A stretch of 64,000 nucleotides of DNA from an uncultured Candidatus Binatia bacterium (GTDB lineage: Bacteria > Desulfobacterota > Binatia > Bin18): NCBI GenBank assembly GCA_965220195.1, contig CBDCPK010000005.1:1347704-1411703 (forward strand). Reading direction: 5' to 3'. How positions within the stretch are numbered: position 1 is the stretch's first letter; each line of letters begins with the position of its first letter. Of this stretch, positions 1 through 8,485 are shown piece by piece. Made by a program: the position numbers and the translations under genes. The notes below the pieces were generated by a model. It made no database searches. It was not told where the DNA came from and saw only the letters and a list, made by a program, of their open reading frames with translations.

Positions 1-369
1 CAGGATGCCCACTATGGGGGCAATCTGGTTGATGGTGCGAAAATGTTGCAACTCTTTGGTGATGTAGGAACAGAGTTGAGCATTCGTCTGGACGGGGATG
101 AGGGATTGTTTCGCGCGTATGACAACGTGGAATTTCTCGCCCCGGTCTATGCCGGCGACTTCATTGAGGCGTCCGGGCGTATCACTCGCGTGGGGCGGAC
201 CTCGCGGCGGCTCGAATTCGAAGCCTGGAAAGTGATTGTGCCTCGCCCCGATATTTCCGATTCGGCGGCGGACCTGCTCGAAGAACCGGTCCTGGTCTGT
301 AAGGCCAGCGGCACCTGCGTGACCCTGCAGGAAAGGCAGCGAAAAGGTAGCGAGAGCAATTCACGCTAG
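1..369 (+). CDS. Hotdog-fold (thioesterase/ammonia-lyase-like) protein. The 5' end is cut by the window edge and the frame is open from base 1.
   Basis: The open frame continues upstream of the first Met ([23 protein letters not shown]...). The short compact fold with a central [17 protein letters not shown] segment is typical of hotdog-fold proteins. Confidence 0.45.
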   Translation, partial: QDAHYGGNLVDGAKMLQLFGDVGTELSIRLDGDEGLFRAYDNVEFLAPVYAGDFIEASGRITRVGRTSRRLEFEAWKVIVPRPDISDSAADLLEEPVLVCKASGTCVTLQERQRKGSESNSR

Positions 370-477
370 GCTGTAGCGACCTTTTCGCTCTCGTCATGCC
401 GGACGTGATTCGGTATCCAGCGGCCGGATCGCCCGGACCGGACCCCTATGGTGAAACAGTGAGAAAAGAGAGTCACC

Positions 478-1515
478 ATGAAATTTGTTTCCTGGTTTCC
501 CGTTTCTATCGTCTTGTTGTGGGTCTGCGCAACTCCGTACTCCGTTGCGGCGGAAGACGTTGAGGTCGCGGACTGTTTCAAGACTGATCTGGTACCCGCA
601 ACCCGATTCGTTGCCTGCCGAGTGGCAGCTGAAGCTGGACACGCAGATGCGCAGTACAGTCTCGGCTATATGTACAGCATGGGGGAGGGTGTCCCGCAGG
701 ACTATGCGGAGGCAGCGGTATGGTATCGTCGGGCCGCCGAGCAGGGAGACACGAGTGCGCAGGTCAATCTCGGCTACATGTATGATGTGGGCCAGGGCGT
801 GCCGCGGGACTATGCGGAGGCGGCGGTATGGTATCGTCGGGCCGCCGAGCGGGGAGACGCTCAGGCACAGTCTAACCTCGGCATCATATACTACATGGGC
901 CAAGGCGTGGCGCAGGACTATGCGGAGGCGGCGGTATGGTATCGTCGGGCCGCCGAGCAGGGGGACGCTCAGGCACAGTCTAACCTCGGCGTCATGTACT
1001 ACAGGGGGGAGGGTGTGCCGCAGGACTATGCGGAAGCGGCGGTATGGTATCGTCGGGCTGCCGAGCGGGGAGACGCTGAAGCGCAGTTCAACCTCGGCGT
1101 CATGTACTACAAGGATGAGGGAGTGGCGCAGGACTATGCAGAGGCGGCGGTATGGTATCGTCGGGCTGCTGAAGCCGGACACGCGAATGCCCGGTTCAAT
1201 CTTGGCTACATGTACAATACGGGTGAGGGTGTGGTGCAGGACTATGCGGAAGCAGCGGTATGGTATCGTCGGGCTGCTGAAGCCGGACACGCTAGGGCGC
1301 AATCTAGTCTCGGCGTCATGTACTACAAGGGCGAGGGCGTCCCGCAGGATTATATCCTGGCCTACATGTGGTTCAATCTCGCTGGCGCAAACGGCCCCAA
1401 AAAGTTGCTTGAGGTTCGCGACTTGGTGGCCAAGGAGATGTCCCCGGCCCAGGTCGCCGAGGCCCAGCACTTATCCCGGCAGTGGACGGCAACGTATCGG
1501 GCCGGGACGGAGTAG
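478..1515 (+). CDS. Secreted Sel1-like repeat (SLR/TPR-like) protein
   Basis: It has an N-terminal signal peptide (MKFVSWFPVSIVLLWVCATPYSVAAE). It then has about 7 consecutive 36-aa units of the form AEAAVWYRRAAEQGDAxAQxNLGxMYxxGxGVxQDY, which is the Sel1 consensus. An RBS-like GAGAAAAGAG lies upstream. Confidence 0.85.
   Translation: MKFVSWFPVSIVLLWVCATPYSVAAEDVEVADCFKTDLVPATRFVACRVAAEAGHADAQYSLGYMYSMGEGVPQDYAEAAVWYRRAAEQGDTSAQVNLGYMYDVGQGVPRDYAEAAVWYRRAAERGDAQAQSNLGIIYYMGQGVAQDYAEAAVWYRRAAEQGDAQAQSNLGVMYYRGEGVPQDYAEAAVWYRRAAERGDAEAQFNLGVMYYKDEGVAQDYAEAAVWYRRAAEAGHANARFNLGYMYNTGEGVVQDYAEAAVWYRRAAEAGHARAQSSLGVMYYKGEGVPQDYILAYMWFNLAGANGPKKLLEVRDLVAKEMSPAQVAEAQHLSRQWTATYRAGTE
700..1347. repeat. 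Six tandem 108-bp DNA repeats that encode the Sel1 units
   Basis: The 35-mer gactatgcggaggcagcggtatggtatcgtcgggc recurs at 700, 808, 916, 1024, 1132 and 1240 with a few substitutions. A degenerate 7th unit follows at about 1348. Confidence 0.85.
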
Positions 1516-1566
1516 TACGGAATGGGCCGCTGAGGGTTTGACACGATGGCATCCCGATTGAGGTGC

Positions 1567-2106
1567 TCATCGGTTTATATCCTCTATCGTCTGGGCGAGG
1601 AGCAAATCGCTATACGACTCGGCAACAAGATCGTGCGGCTGAATACCCAGCGCGTTCTGAAATGATTGGCACTGGGCACGGAGCTGTTCCTGGCTGAGAG
1701 TGCCTTCGCTATCAATGGCTTCGATTTCGACAAAATGCCCGAGTCCTTCGACGCGATCAATATGAAATTTGACGTTGTCGATAAACGCAATCTCTCGTTG
1801 CTTTTTGACCACAACAAGTACTCCTAAAGCCTGAGTGAGTTGGGCTTTGAGGGCCGACTCCGACGGTGTCTTGGTTAAAAGGACGTTCGATTGTTTGGCC
1901 GACTTTTGGTTCGTGCGCTCGTAGTAGATCAGGGCGTTCTCAATACTGCCTTCCCGGAGCTTGAGCCGTCCGTGTGAGACTCGAAAATAGGTGTCTGTCT
2001 GGTGGTCGATGCCTCTTACGTCTGCGCCGTGCGAGCGCAGATAGTCCCGGACGCGCTGGGCCTGCGTGCAGCGGGCCTTGATTTCAACGATGGTGATGAG
2101 GGGCAT
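1567..2106 (-). CDS. CYTH-domain protein (class IV adenylate cyclase / triphosphatase family)
   Basis: It is 179 aa with an N-terminal MPLITIVEIKARC...YFR...LKLREG beta-barrel signature and the acidic C-terminal motifs of the CyaB/CYTH family. Confidence 0.65.
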   Translation of the reverse strand: MPLITIVEIKARCTQAQRVRDYLRSHGADVRGIDHQTDTYFRVSHGRLKLREGSIENALIYYERTNQKSAKQSNVLLTKTPSESALKAQLTQALGVLVVVKKQREIAFIDNVKFHIDRVEGLGHFVEIEAIDSEGTLSQEQLRAQCQSFQNALGIQPHDLVAESYSDLLLAQTIEDINR

Positions 2107-2190
2107 ACGACGAAACAGGAGAGGGGCGACCTGCTTGGCCGCCCCTCTCTTGCAAACTTCGTAGACAGGGCAGACTCCGAAGACAGCGCA

Positions 2191-3873
2191 CTACGCGCTG
2201 CGCAGCACCTGCCCGGCAAACGCGCCGGTATGGTCGAGCCCGTCCATAAAGACCTGGCCGTTGACCAGGGTGTACTCATAGCCCGCGGATTTTTGAATAT
2301 AGCGCCCGCTTCCGGCGGGGAAATCGTACACAAAGGTCGGCGGCGGTAGCCGCAAGTTGTCATAATCAATGACGTTCACATCGGCGTAGGCGCCTTCGCG
2401 CAGTACGCCCCGGTCATGAATGCCGAACAGTTGGGCCGGTTCCGCGGTCAACATATGAATGGCCTGTTCGAGCGCAAAGTGCTCGCGTTCCTTGACCCAA
2501 TACTTCAGAAAATAGGTCGGCAGGCTGGAATCCATGATCTGCCCGCAGTGGGCGCCGGAGTCGCCCAGGCCAATGACGACCTGCGGATGATCCAGCATGT
2601 GCTGCACGGCTTCAAACTGCGGGTTGAGGAAGGGATAGTTGAACAGCGTCTCGCCATTATTGTCGAGAGACAAGGTAATAAAGGCTTCGCCCGGACTCAC
2701 TCCAAGGCGGTCGGCATGGGTCTGGAGACTGTCCGGTGCCCCCAGGTCATAGCGCACTTCACCCTTGGGCAGGACAAAGATCTGACTGAAATCAATCGGC
2801 GGCGGATCGTCCTTGGCTTCCTGTACCATTCGCGCCTGATAGGCCGGGTCACGCAGTTTGGCGACTTTGTCGGCCAGGCTCAGGCCGCGCAGGGCTCGCC
2901 ACGCCGGAGCCCGGTCAAAAGGCGTCCGATTGACAAAGCCGAACAGCACGCCAATGCCCCGCGTGGTGGACTGGGCAAAGACTTTAGCACCGCGCCTGGC
3001 GCTGGCGTTGATCTGGTCCAGCATGGACGCATACGCCGTCGGATGCGGGCGGCTCTGGGCCAGGCCAAAAGTCACGGGTCGGCCGGTGGCCAAGCTGACT
3101 TCCGTCATCCAGTGCACCTCGCGTTGCAGGTCTGCCTGACTGCCGCTGTCGATACCCGGCGCGGCCTCAACCACGCCGCGTTGCAGCTCGCCCAACGCGC
3201 TGGTAATGCCCATCAACTCGTCAAATTCGGCAAACGTACCGGGAACGGGCTGCCCCTCCGGCGTGCGATGGAGAATGGTCCGCGAGGTAGAGAATCCGAG
3301 CGCCCCGCCTGCAATGGCTTCGGCGACAATATCACGCATCTTGCCAATGGCCTCGGGGTTGGCGGGTTTGTTTTCCAGGCTTTCCTCACCCATGGCCCAA
3401 TAGCGAACCGCGCAGTGACCAACCATACCGCCGACGTTGACCCCTTTGGGAGCCGTATCGAGCGCCTTGAGATATTCCCCGTAGGTTTCCCATTTCCAGG
3501 GCATGCCTTCGGTAATGCTCGCCGCGGGAATATCTTCCACCGATTCCATTAAGTGAGCCAGATAGTCCCGGTCTTGCGGACGGCACGGGGCAAACGTCAC
3601 GCCGCAATTGCCCATGACAACCGAGGTCACGCCGTGCCAGCACGAGGAGGAGACCGCGGGGTCCCACCAGATCTGGGCGTCCAGGTGGGTATGAATGTCA
3701 ACAAAACCGGGGGTGACGAGCTTGCCCTCGGCATTGATGGTCCGTTTGGCCGCACCGGTCACCGTACCGATTTCGGCGACTCGGTCGCCCTGGATGGCAA
3801 CATCCGCGCGTCGTTGCTGACTGCCGGTACCGTCAATGACGGTCCCGTTTTTGATGACGATATCGTAGGCCAT
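2191..3873 (-). CDS. N-acyl-D-amino-acid deacylase (D-aminoacylase, amidohydrolase superfamily)
   Basis: MAYDIVIKNGTVIDGTG...GFVDIHTHLD carries the metal-binding HxH. The 560-aa length and overall similarity match D-aminoacylases. Confidence 0.8.
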   Translation of the reverse strand: MAYDIVIKNGTVIDGTGSQQRRADVAIQGDRVAEIGTVTGAAKRTINAEGKLVTPGFVDIHTHLDAQIWWDPAVSSSCWHGVTSVVMGNCGVTFAPCRPQDRDYLAHLMESVEDIPAASITEGMPWKWETYGEYLKALDTAPKGVNVGGMVGHCAVRYWAMGEESLENKPANPEAIGKMRDIVAEAIAGGALGFSTSRTILHRTPEGQPVPGTFAEFDELMGITSALGELQRGVVEAAPGIDSGSQADLQREVHWMTEVSLATGRPVTFGLAQSRPHPTAYASMLDQINASARRGAKVFAQSTTRGIGVLFGFVNRTPFDRAPAWRALRGLSLADKVAKLRDPAYQARMVQEAKDDPPPIDFSQIFVLPKGEVRYDLGAPDSLQTHADRLGVSPGEAFITLSLDNNGETLFNYPFLNPQFEAVQHMLDHPQVVIGLGDSGAHCGQIMDSSLPTYFLKYWVKEREHFALEQAIHMLTAEPAQLFGIHDRGVLREGAYADVNVIDYDNLRLPPPTFVYDFPAGSGRYIQKSAGYEYTLVNGQVFMDGLDHTGAFAGQVLRSA

Positions 3874-4259
3874 GGCTCCTCCTTGTGTGGCTCAGTGCGT
3901 TTCTCTAACCAGTCCTGTCCATGTTTCAGCGCTCCACTTTGCGCAATTCGGGGCTTCGTGTCAATTCGACCCTAAAGCGCTCCGCCTCATGGGGTGGGCT
4001 TCCACTGGCTCAGGATTGGTTTCCATTGCCGGCGGGAGGAAAGAACAGTTCGACGCGGATCGGAGAAGGGAAAAGAGGGGATGCAACGAGTTTTCATGCT
4101 GAGCACGTTTTGTATACTGGGGTCAGCCAGTGTGATAACAGACAACATTCTCAGACGGCAGACCAATATAACGAGGAGAATGTATTGGACTCGTCTCCCC
4201 TATTACGCCCCTCAGACCGTAGGAGTTTGATCGCCAACAGAGTACGGAGGTAAAAAATC

Positions 4260-4541
4260 ATGCCAAACGTGTCTCTGGACATTCCTGAAGATTTACTCGT
4301 TACTCTTCGCGAGCAGCCGGCCGAACTGTCCCAAGAGATACGGCTGGTTGCGGCTGTCTATTATTTCGGGGAGAAGCGTCTGTCTCTGGGTCAAGCCGCC
4401 AGGTTTGCTGGCATGAACCGCCTAGACTTTCTCGACGCCCTGAGCGCGCGAGGAGTTCCGGTTTTTGACCTCTCGGTCGAAGATGCAAAGGCGGAAGTCC
4501 AGGCCGCGCAGCGAGAGTCTCAATCGAATGATTGTCAGTAA
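4260..4541 (+). CDS. UPF0175-family antitoxin-like protein
   Basis: It is 93 aa. The ...LAAVYYFGEKRLSLGQAARFAGMNRLDFLDALSARGVPVFD segment is characteristic of UPF0175 antitoxins that pair with PIN (DUF3368) toxins. A good RBS (ggaggtaaaaaatc ATG) precedes it. Confidence 0.65.
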   Translation: MPNVSLDIPEDLLVTLREQPAELSQEIRLVAAVYYFGEKRLSLGQAARFAGMNRLDFLDALSARGVPVFDLSVEDAKAEVQAAQRESQSNDCQ

Positions 4542-4608
4542 CACGACTCCTCTCATTGCGTTTGCGCGTATCGGGGAGCTTGATTTGCTGCAAAAAATTG
4601 TCGGGCAC
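4528..4608 (+). pseudogene. 5' remnant of a PIN-domain (DUF3368-type) toxin gene, about 27 codons
   Basis: An ATG overlaps the antitoxin stop in the usual toxin-antitoxin arrangement. It encodes MIVSNTTPLIAFARIGELDLLQKIVG, the canonical DUF3368 N-terminus. Similarity then stops and the frame runs directly into a lipoprotein signal peptide. Confidence 0.5.
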
Positions 4609-5688
4609 ATGCCATCCCTGTTCCTGATCAGTGCCTTGACCAGCCTGTTGTCAGGCTGTTTGGCGACCTTCGGGCCGCAGGCCATCGAACGTACCCATCC
4701 GGCTTACAACGAAGCCATTATCGCGTCTATCAATGAGCAGATGCTTCAGAACCTGGTGCGGATGCGGTACCGGGATGTCACGTTTTTTCTGGAAATAGGC
4801 AGCGTCACCACGAGTTTGTCTCTGCAAGCCAGTGCCGGGGTTGACGCCGCGCTGAATTTCGGCACCCGGGACTCCCTGAGCCCCGGCGTCGGCCTTGGCT
4901 ATGCCGACAACCCGACCATCTCCTATACACCGTTACAGGGAGAAAACCTGCTCAAGAGCCTGCTCAGCCCCCTCCAACTCGAAGCCATTCTGGTGCTGAC
5001 CCAATCCGGGTGGAAGATCGACCGGGTGTTCGGCTTGTGCTTTGAAAGGATCAACAACCTGTACAATGCGCCCAACGCCTCCGGGCCAACCCCGCAGCAG
5101 GAGCCGGACTATGAAGCATTCAACCACCTGCTTGAATCGCTGTCCGTTTTACAAAAGCGACAGCTCATAGAAATCGGCACAACCCACCAGCACGACTCCC
5201 CCGGTATTACCGTGAGGCTGGTCGCGGATGATGTGCAACACCAACAGGAAATCGACCGCATCTATGCGCTGCTCCAACTCGACCGGGAGGTCAAGGACTT
5301 TGATCTGAACACGGATTTCCTTGAGGTGAACCAGACGCAGTGGGCGGTTCGCACCCGCTCGATCTCCGGCCTGCTGTATTATCTCTCTCAGAATGTGGAA
5401 ACACCCGAGCAGCATCAGGTCGACGGACTGGTGACTATCACCACGTCGAAAACCGGGGGGATATTCGACTGGACGCAGACGCCAGCCGGTCGTCGCTTCA
5501 AGATCAGAACCAAGGCCGAACGGCCCGATAACGCCTATATCGCGACCTACTACCGAGGCCATTGGTTTTATATTGAAGACACTGACCTGGAATCCAAATC
5601 GACCTTTATGCTGCTGCGCCAACTGTTTGACCTGCAAGCGGGACAGACCAGAGCCCAGGGACCGACCCTGACCCTGCCCGTCAGATGA
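4609..5688 (+). CDS. Lipoprotein of unknown function
   Basis: MPSLFLISALTSLLSGC has the lipobox L-S-G-C. The rest is a soluble 340-aa domain I do not recognise. It is in frame with the PIN remnant upstream. Confidence 0.55.
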   Translation: MPSLFLISALTSLLSGCLATFGPQAIERTHPAYNEAIIASINEQMLQNLVRMRYRDVTFFLEIGSVTTSLSLQASAGVDAALNFGTRDSLSPGVGLGYADNPTISYTPLQGENLLKSLLSPLQLEAILVLTQSGWKIDRVFGLCFERINNLYNAPNASGPTPQQEPDYEAFNHLLESLSVLQKRQLIEIGTTHQHDSPGITVRLVADDVQHQQEIDRIYALLQLDREVKDFDLNTDFLEVNQTQWAVRTRSISGLLYYLSQNVETPEQHQVDGLVTITTSKTGGIFDWTQTPAGRRFKIRTKAERPDNAYIATYYRGHWFYIEDTDLESKSTFMLLRQLFDLQAGQTRAQGPTLTLPVR

Positions 5689-5944
5689 TGCCATCAGCGT
5701 CCCGGCCTTTATAGCCGGTCGGCCTCCAGAAACGGACACTGATAGAAGGCACTCAGGGCCTCGCCAGGCGTGCATTTGGGTACACCAAACCGCGCAATCA
5801 GAATCGATTCGAGCCTGGAGGGCGGACAGGGTCGGCGCGTCAGTGGGTGGCTGTGATATCCCTGGTTTTCTAGCGGATTCTGGCCCAATCGGGTGGCCTT
5901 GGATGCTTGTCTCTATCCGAGCAGGTGTGGTACACGAGGCACTC

Positions 5945-7513
5945 ATGAATTTGGTGCAGCATTTCTGGAACCAGCTTTCTCACGATGCAGACCGCGTGCT
6001 GTTTGAACATCTCGCGCCTTCGGGAGCAGTCATTTGGCGGCAAACCCGTGGCGCGTTGCTCACGGAGGCCTCGCTGTGGATGGCCGCCCTGCGCGGTGCC
6101 GGCATCCGGCCGGGTGACCGGGTTGCCCTGTCGCTGGGCAAAGCCACCGGTCTGGTCACCGCGCATTTAGCTATTCTTGGTGTCGGGGCCGGGGTGGTGC
6201 CGCTCAATCCCGCGCTGTCTGCGGTCGAGACTGAAGCCGTCCTGAAACAGGCCGAGGTCAAACTGGCGATTACGATCCCATCAACAGTCAACCGCTCGCC
6301 GGAGATTATCAATGCGGTCAACGGGCCGTGGTGGGTCGCGACCCAGGCTGAAGAGTCGGACGATGTTCCGCAGCAGACCGTAGCCTTAGCTAAAGTCCTG
6401 GCCGGTTATCAGCCCGGCGACGAACCCTATATCGGCCCGGACGACGCAGTTGCCCTACTGCTGTTCACCAGTGGAACGACCGGGCAACCCAAAGGCGTTG
6501 GGCTGACTCACCACAACATCGCTGCCAACCTGCAAGCCCTGCTGGTCGATACCTGGAAAATGAGTGCTGAGGACCGTCTGTTACACGCCCTGCCGCCGCA
6601 CCATCTGCACGGCCTGGGTCTCGGCCTGTACGGAACGTTGTACGTTGGCAACGCGGCTGTGCTGCTGGACCGCTTCGATCCTGTGGTCGTTCTGACCGCG
6701 TTGGCTCAACATCGTATTAGCGTATTTATGGGCGTTCCGACCATGTATCACCGTATGACCGAGCGTATGGCCGAGCTGGCCGGAGACCTGTCGTATGCCT
6801 CGATGCGGGTGTTTATCTCCGGCTCCGCACCGCTCTCGCCGGAGACCTTTCGGCGCTTTGAAGAACAGTCGGGTTTCCGTATTGTCGAACGTTATGGCTT
6901 GACCGAGACCGCGATCAATACGTCCAATCCTCTAGACGGTGAGCGCCGCTCCGGTACGGTTGGTCCGGCCTTGCCGGGGGTTGAGGTTGGGGTTTTCGAT
7001 CCGCACACCAAGCAGCCGCTCTCACCAGAGGAGACCGGAGAAATCTGGGTGCGTGGGCCGAATGTCTTTAGCGGCTACTGGAACAATCCGGAGGCCACCG
7101 CGGCGGCCTTCTGTGGCGACTGGTTTCGCACCGGCGATTTAGGTGTCTTATCCGCAGACAACTATCTGTCCATCAACGGTCGGATGAAGGAACTCATCAT
7201 CGTGGGCGGAACCAATGTCACGCCGGGGGAGGTTGAAGCCGTATTGGAAACCCAGGCGGGTGTACGTGAGTGTGCGGTTGCCGGTGTGCCGGATGCGGAT
7301 TTGGGCGAAAAAGTCGCGGCCTTCATCGTTCCCCAGTCTGACCGGGACGCAGCGAACCTTGAAGACCAGCTGCGCCAACGAGCCGAACAGGACCTTGCGC
7401 CGTATAAGCGTCCACGCCTGTATCGATTCCTGGCCGAAATTCCGCGTAACTCCATGGGTAAGGTCGAACGTGGCAAACTCAGGGACATGGGAAACGAAGC
7501 GTCAGAGGTCTGA
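5945..7513 (+). CDS. AMP-dependent synthetase/ligase (acyl-CoA synthetase family)
   Basis: The motifs LLFTSGTTGQPKGV (AMP-binding), YGLTET and TGDLG are present. The start is assigned to the internal ATG at 5945 (MNLVQHFW...). Confidence 0.8.
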   Translation: MNLVQHFWNQLSHDADRVLFEHLAPSGAVIWRQTRGALLTEASLWMAALRGAGIRPGDRVALSLGKATGLVTAHLAILGVGAGVVPLNPALSAVETEAVLKQAEVKLAITIPSTVNRSPEIINAVNGPWWVATQAEESDDVPQQTVALAKVLAGYQPGDEPYIGPDDAVALLLFTSGTTGQPKGVGLTHHNIAANLQALLVDTWKMSAEDRLLHALPPHHLHGLGLGLYGTLYVGNAAVLLDRFDPVVVLTALAQHRISVFMGVPTMYHRMTERMAELAGDLSYASMRVFISGSAPLSPETFRRFEEQSGFRIVERYGLTETAINTSNPLDGERRSGTVGPALPGVEVGVFDPHTKQPLSPEETGEIWVRGPNVFSGYWNNPEATAAAFCGDWFRTGDLGVLSADNYLSINGRMKELIIVGGTNVTPGEVEAVLETQAGVRECAVAGVPDADLGEKVAAFIVPQSDRDAANLEDQLRQRAEQDLAPYKRPRLYRFLAEIPRNSMGKVERGKLRDMGNEASEV

Positions 7514-7537
7514 AGGCAGCCTGAAGGAGTAGCGATC

Positions 7538-8389
7538 ATGCAGCTCGTCACCTATGAACGCAACAACCAACGCAGTACGGGCGCGTTGACCGCCGCCGGT
7601 GTTGTCGATCTCCCGAGCGCCTCGCATGGAGCGATCCCCGGAGACATGCTGGACCTGATCCAAGGCGGAGCAGCCGTGCTGGCTCGGGCGCGGGAAGCCA
7701 GCGGTGCCGGCAGTCCGATTCCACTGGCCGATGTCCAGCTCAAAGCCCCTATCGCGAGACCGGGGAAACTCCTCGGGATCGGATTGAACTATGCCGACCA
7801 CGCCGCTGAAGGCGGCAGGAAGAAGCCGGACTATCCGCTGATTTTTGCCAAGACCGTGTCGGCGACAATCGGCCTGGGAGAGGCGATTCTCCTTCCGCCG
7901 GTGAGTCAGATGGTTGATTTTGAGGGCGAGTTGGCGGTCGTGGTCGGCGCCTTTGCCAGAGCGGTTTCAGCCCAGGACGCCCTCGATTACGTTGCCGGTT
8001 ACACGATTTGTAACGATGTGAGCGCGCGCGACTATCAGCGCCGGAGCGGCCATACGCCCGGCAAGTCGTTTGAGACGTTTGCGCCGTTGGGGCCGGTCAT
8101 TGTCACCCGAGATGACATCCCCGATCCCCACGCGTTGGACATTCGGACCGTGGTGAGCGGGCAAGAAATGCAGCACTCCAATACGAAACATCTGATTTTT
8201 CGGATTCCTTATCTGATTGAGTATCTATCGCATATCTTTCCCCTGGAACCGGGCGATGTGATTACCACCGGAACCCCTTCAGGCGTTGGTGCCTATCGCG
8301 AGCCGCCTCGCTTTCTCAAGGATGGCGATACGGTCCGGATTGAAGTGGAGGGGATTGGGGTTTTGGAGAACCCGGTCGTGGCCGGCTGA
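7538..8389 (+). CDS. Fumarylacetoacetate hydrolase (FAH)-family hydratase/isomerase
   Basis: GLNYADHAAE...PLIFAKT...FEGELAVVVG...ICNDVSARDYQ is the classic FAH-domain pattern. An RBS (ggag) lies 6 nt upstream. Confidence 0.85.
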   Translation: MQLVTYERNNQRSTGALTAAGVVDLPSASHGAIPGDMLDLIQGGAAVLARAREASGAGSPIPLADVQLKAPIARPGKLLGIGLNYADHAAEGGRKKPDYPLIFAKTVSATIGLGEAILLPPVSQMVDFEGELAVVVGAFARAVSAQDALDYVAGYTICNDVSARDYQRRSGHTPGKSFETFAPLGPVIVTRDDIPDPHALDIRTVVSGQEMQHSNTKHLIFRIPYLIEYLSHIFPLEPGDVITTGTPSGVGAYREPPRFLKDGDTVRIEVEGIGVLENPVVAG

Positions 8390-8485
8390 AAAGCGTCTCT
8401 TGAGTCTATAGGGTCCTAGGGTCTGTTGGGTCAAGACTCAAGAGACTCAACGATCCAACAGACCCAACCACGCAGAAAGTGGACG

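Noticed and set aside
394-1470. 358-aa minus-strand ORF and a 358-aa alternative plus-frame ORF (485-1561) across the Sel1 gene
   Set aside because: Both are repeat-driven shadow ORFs with repetitive low-complexity translations (RLRPSVSGFSSPTIPYR…). The Sel1 frame has the signal peptide, the RBS and the recognisable repeats.
2416-3552. 378-aa plus-strand ORF antisense to the D-aminoacylase gene
   Set aside because: It is a high-GC antisense artefact with no domain, Arg/Gly-rich composition and no RBS.
3873-4260. Several 60-110-aa ORFs in the 390-bp gap between the D-aminoacylase and the antitoxin
   Set aside because: They are mutually overlapping with no RBS and no similarity. The gap is more likely promoter and intergenic sequence.
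5688-5945. Hairpin cccggcctttatagccgg after the lipoprotein gene, considered as a terminator
   Set aside because: It is a GC stem with a 7-nt loop but no following T-run. It is too weak to call a rho-independent terminator.
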